From Phoronis australis (Eukaryota; Animalia; Phoronida): a stretch of 64,000 nt of DNA. The position numbers and the translations under genes were made by a program. The first letter of the stretch is position 1, and each line of letters starts with the position of its first letter. Under the pieces are notes generated by a model, which saw only the letters and a list, made by a program, of their open reading frames with translations, was not told the DNA's origin and did not search any database. Shown piece by piece: positions 63,160 to 64,000 of the stretch. Location of the stretch: NCBI GenBank assembly GCA_002633005.1, contig NMRA01000264.1:442859-506858 (forward strand), given 5' to 3'.

Positions 63160-64000
63160 TTGTGGTCACTTATTGTCGTCACTTTGTCCGTCTGTCCGAT
63201 TATCCGCTCGATATTTCAAAAACCCTTAGTCAAATTTTGACAAAATTTGGCAGAGGAGCGTGGCTTTTTCTAATTTTTTTGGGGAAAGAGTGTTTCTGGA
63301 TTATTTCTAAAGAACGAATTGACGTATTTCAATGAAACTTGACACAAATAAGGTGTGTAATATCAATGCGCCGGCGGATTCGACCACTGTAGCACCTCCT
63401 AGTGACGGTTTCGTTCTCGACGAGGGCCATTTCAAGTGTTGTTTTGGGCAGAAGAGCGTTTCCGGGTGATATCTAGAAAACTGATGGCTGGATTACATTA
63501 AAATTTGACACAGAGGTATATTGTAAGATCGCAGCAACACCATTTGATTTTTGGCCAGATTCGACTGCTGCAGTGTCTCCTAGTGGCCATTTTGTGTGAG
63601 GGGTTTCCAGATGATAAGTAGAGAGCGGAGTGGAGGATTTCAATGAAACCTGTCACTAAAGATGTGGGATATCAATGCATCGGTACCATTAAATTTTCGG
63701 GCGGATTCGACTTCCGTAGCACCTTTTAGAGGATATCTTCAAGTGTTATTTGGTGGAAGAGCGTTTCCAGACGGTACCTAAAGAACCGATTGGTGGATTT
63801 CATTGAAACTTGACGCAGAGGTATGTGATTAGATTGCGCCGGCACCAGGTTTTCGGGTGAACGCGACTGCTGCACTGTCTCATAGTGGCCATTTTGTGTG
63901 AGGGCTTTTCCAGATGATATGTAGAGAACCGAGTGGAGGATTTCAATGAAAGTTGGCACACGGGTTTATAGTGATAATGCAGCCACGCCATTACATTTGG
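63160..64000 (+). mobile_element. HINE-like element running off the window end
   Basis: tgtccgtctgtccg followed by repeats of gatttcaatgaaacttg, ggattcgac and ctcctagtggcc. Confidence 0.55.

Overview
AT-rich, intron-rich eukaryotic (animal) genomic DNA, probably from a marine invertebrate (inference). It is not prokaryotic, so most of the supplied ORF track is spurious. Splicing exons by hand gives three genes. (1) A complete minus-strand gene for a 332-aa protein with two tandem coactosin-like ADF-H domains (CDS 28104->22234, 6 coding exons). (2) A tandem paralogue with four intact coding exons (11249->2909) whose last two exons are not visible in the window; it carries a decayed LINE and MITEs in its introns. 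(3) Head-to-head with gene 1, a complete SH3-PX-BAR sorting nexin of the SNX9/18/33 family (CDS 32951->59089, 17 exons, 540 aa, plus a candidate 30-nt microexon). The rest is a dense set of non-autonomous mobile elements (Kolobok-type TTAA MITE, hAT-like MITEs with 5-6 bp TSDs, hairpin MITEs, tRNA-derived SINE heads, Helentron/HINE-like elements whose ~150-bp internal repeats each carry a CTCF-like motif), plus minisatellites and foldbacks. Two near-identical duplications abut single-N joins and are probably haplotype assembly artefacts. No wholly new multi-gene system is demonstrable. The best leads are the phased CTCF-like motif arrays on a mobile element, the asymmetric evolution of the double-ADF-H paralogues, and candidate uORF, poison-exon and microexon controls.
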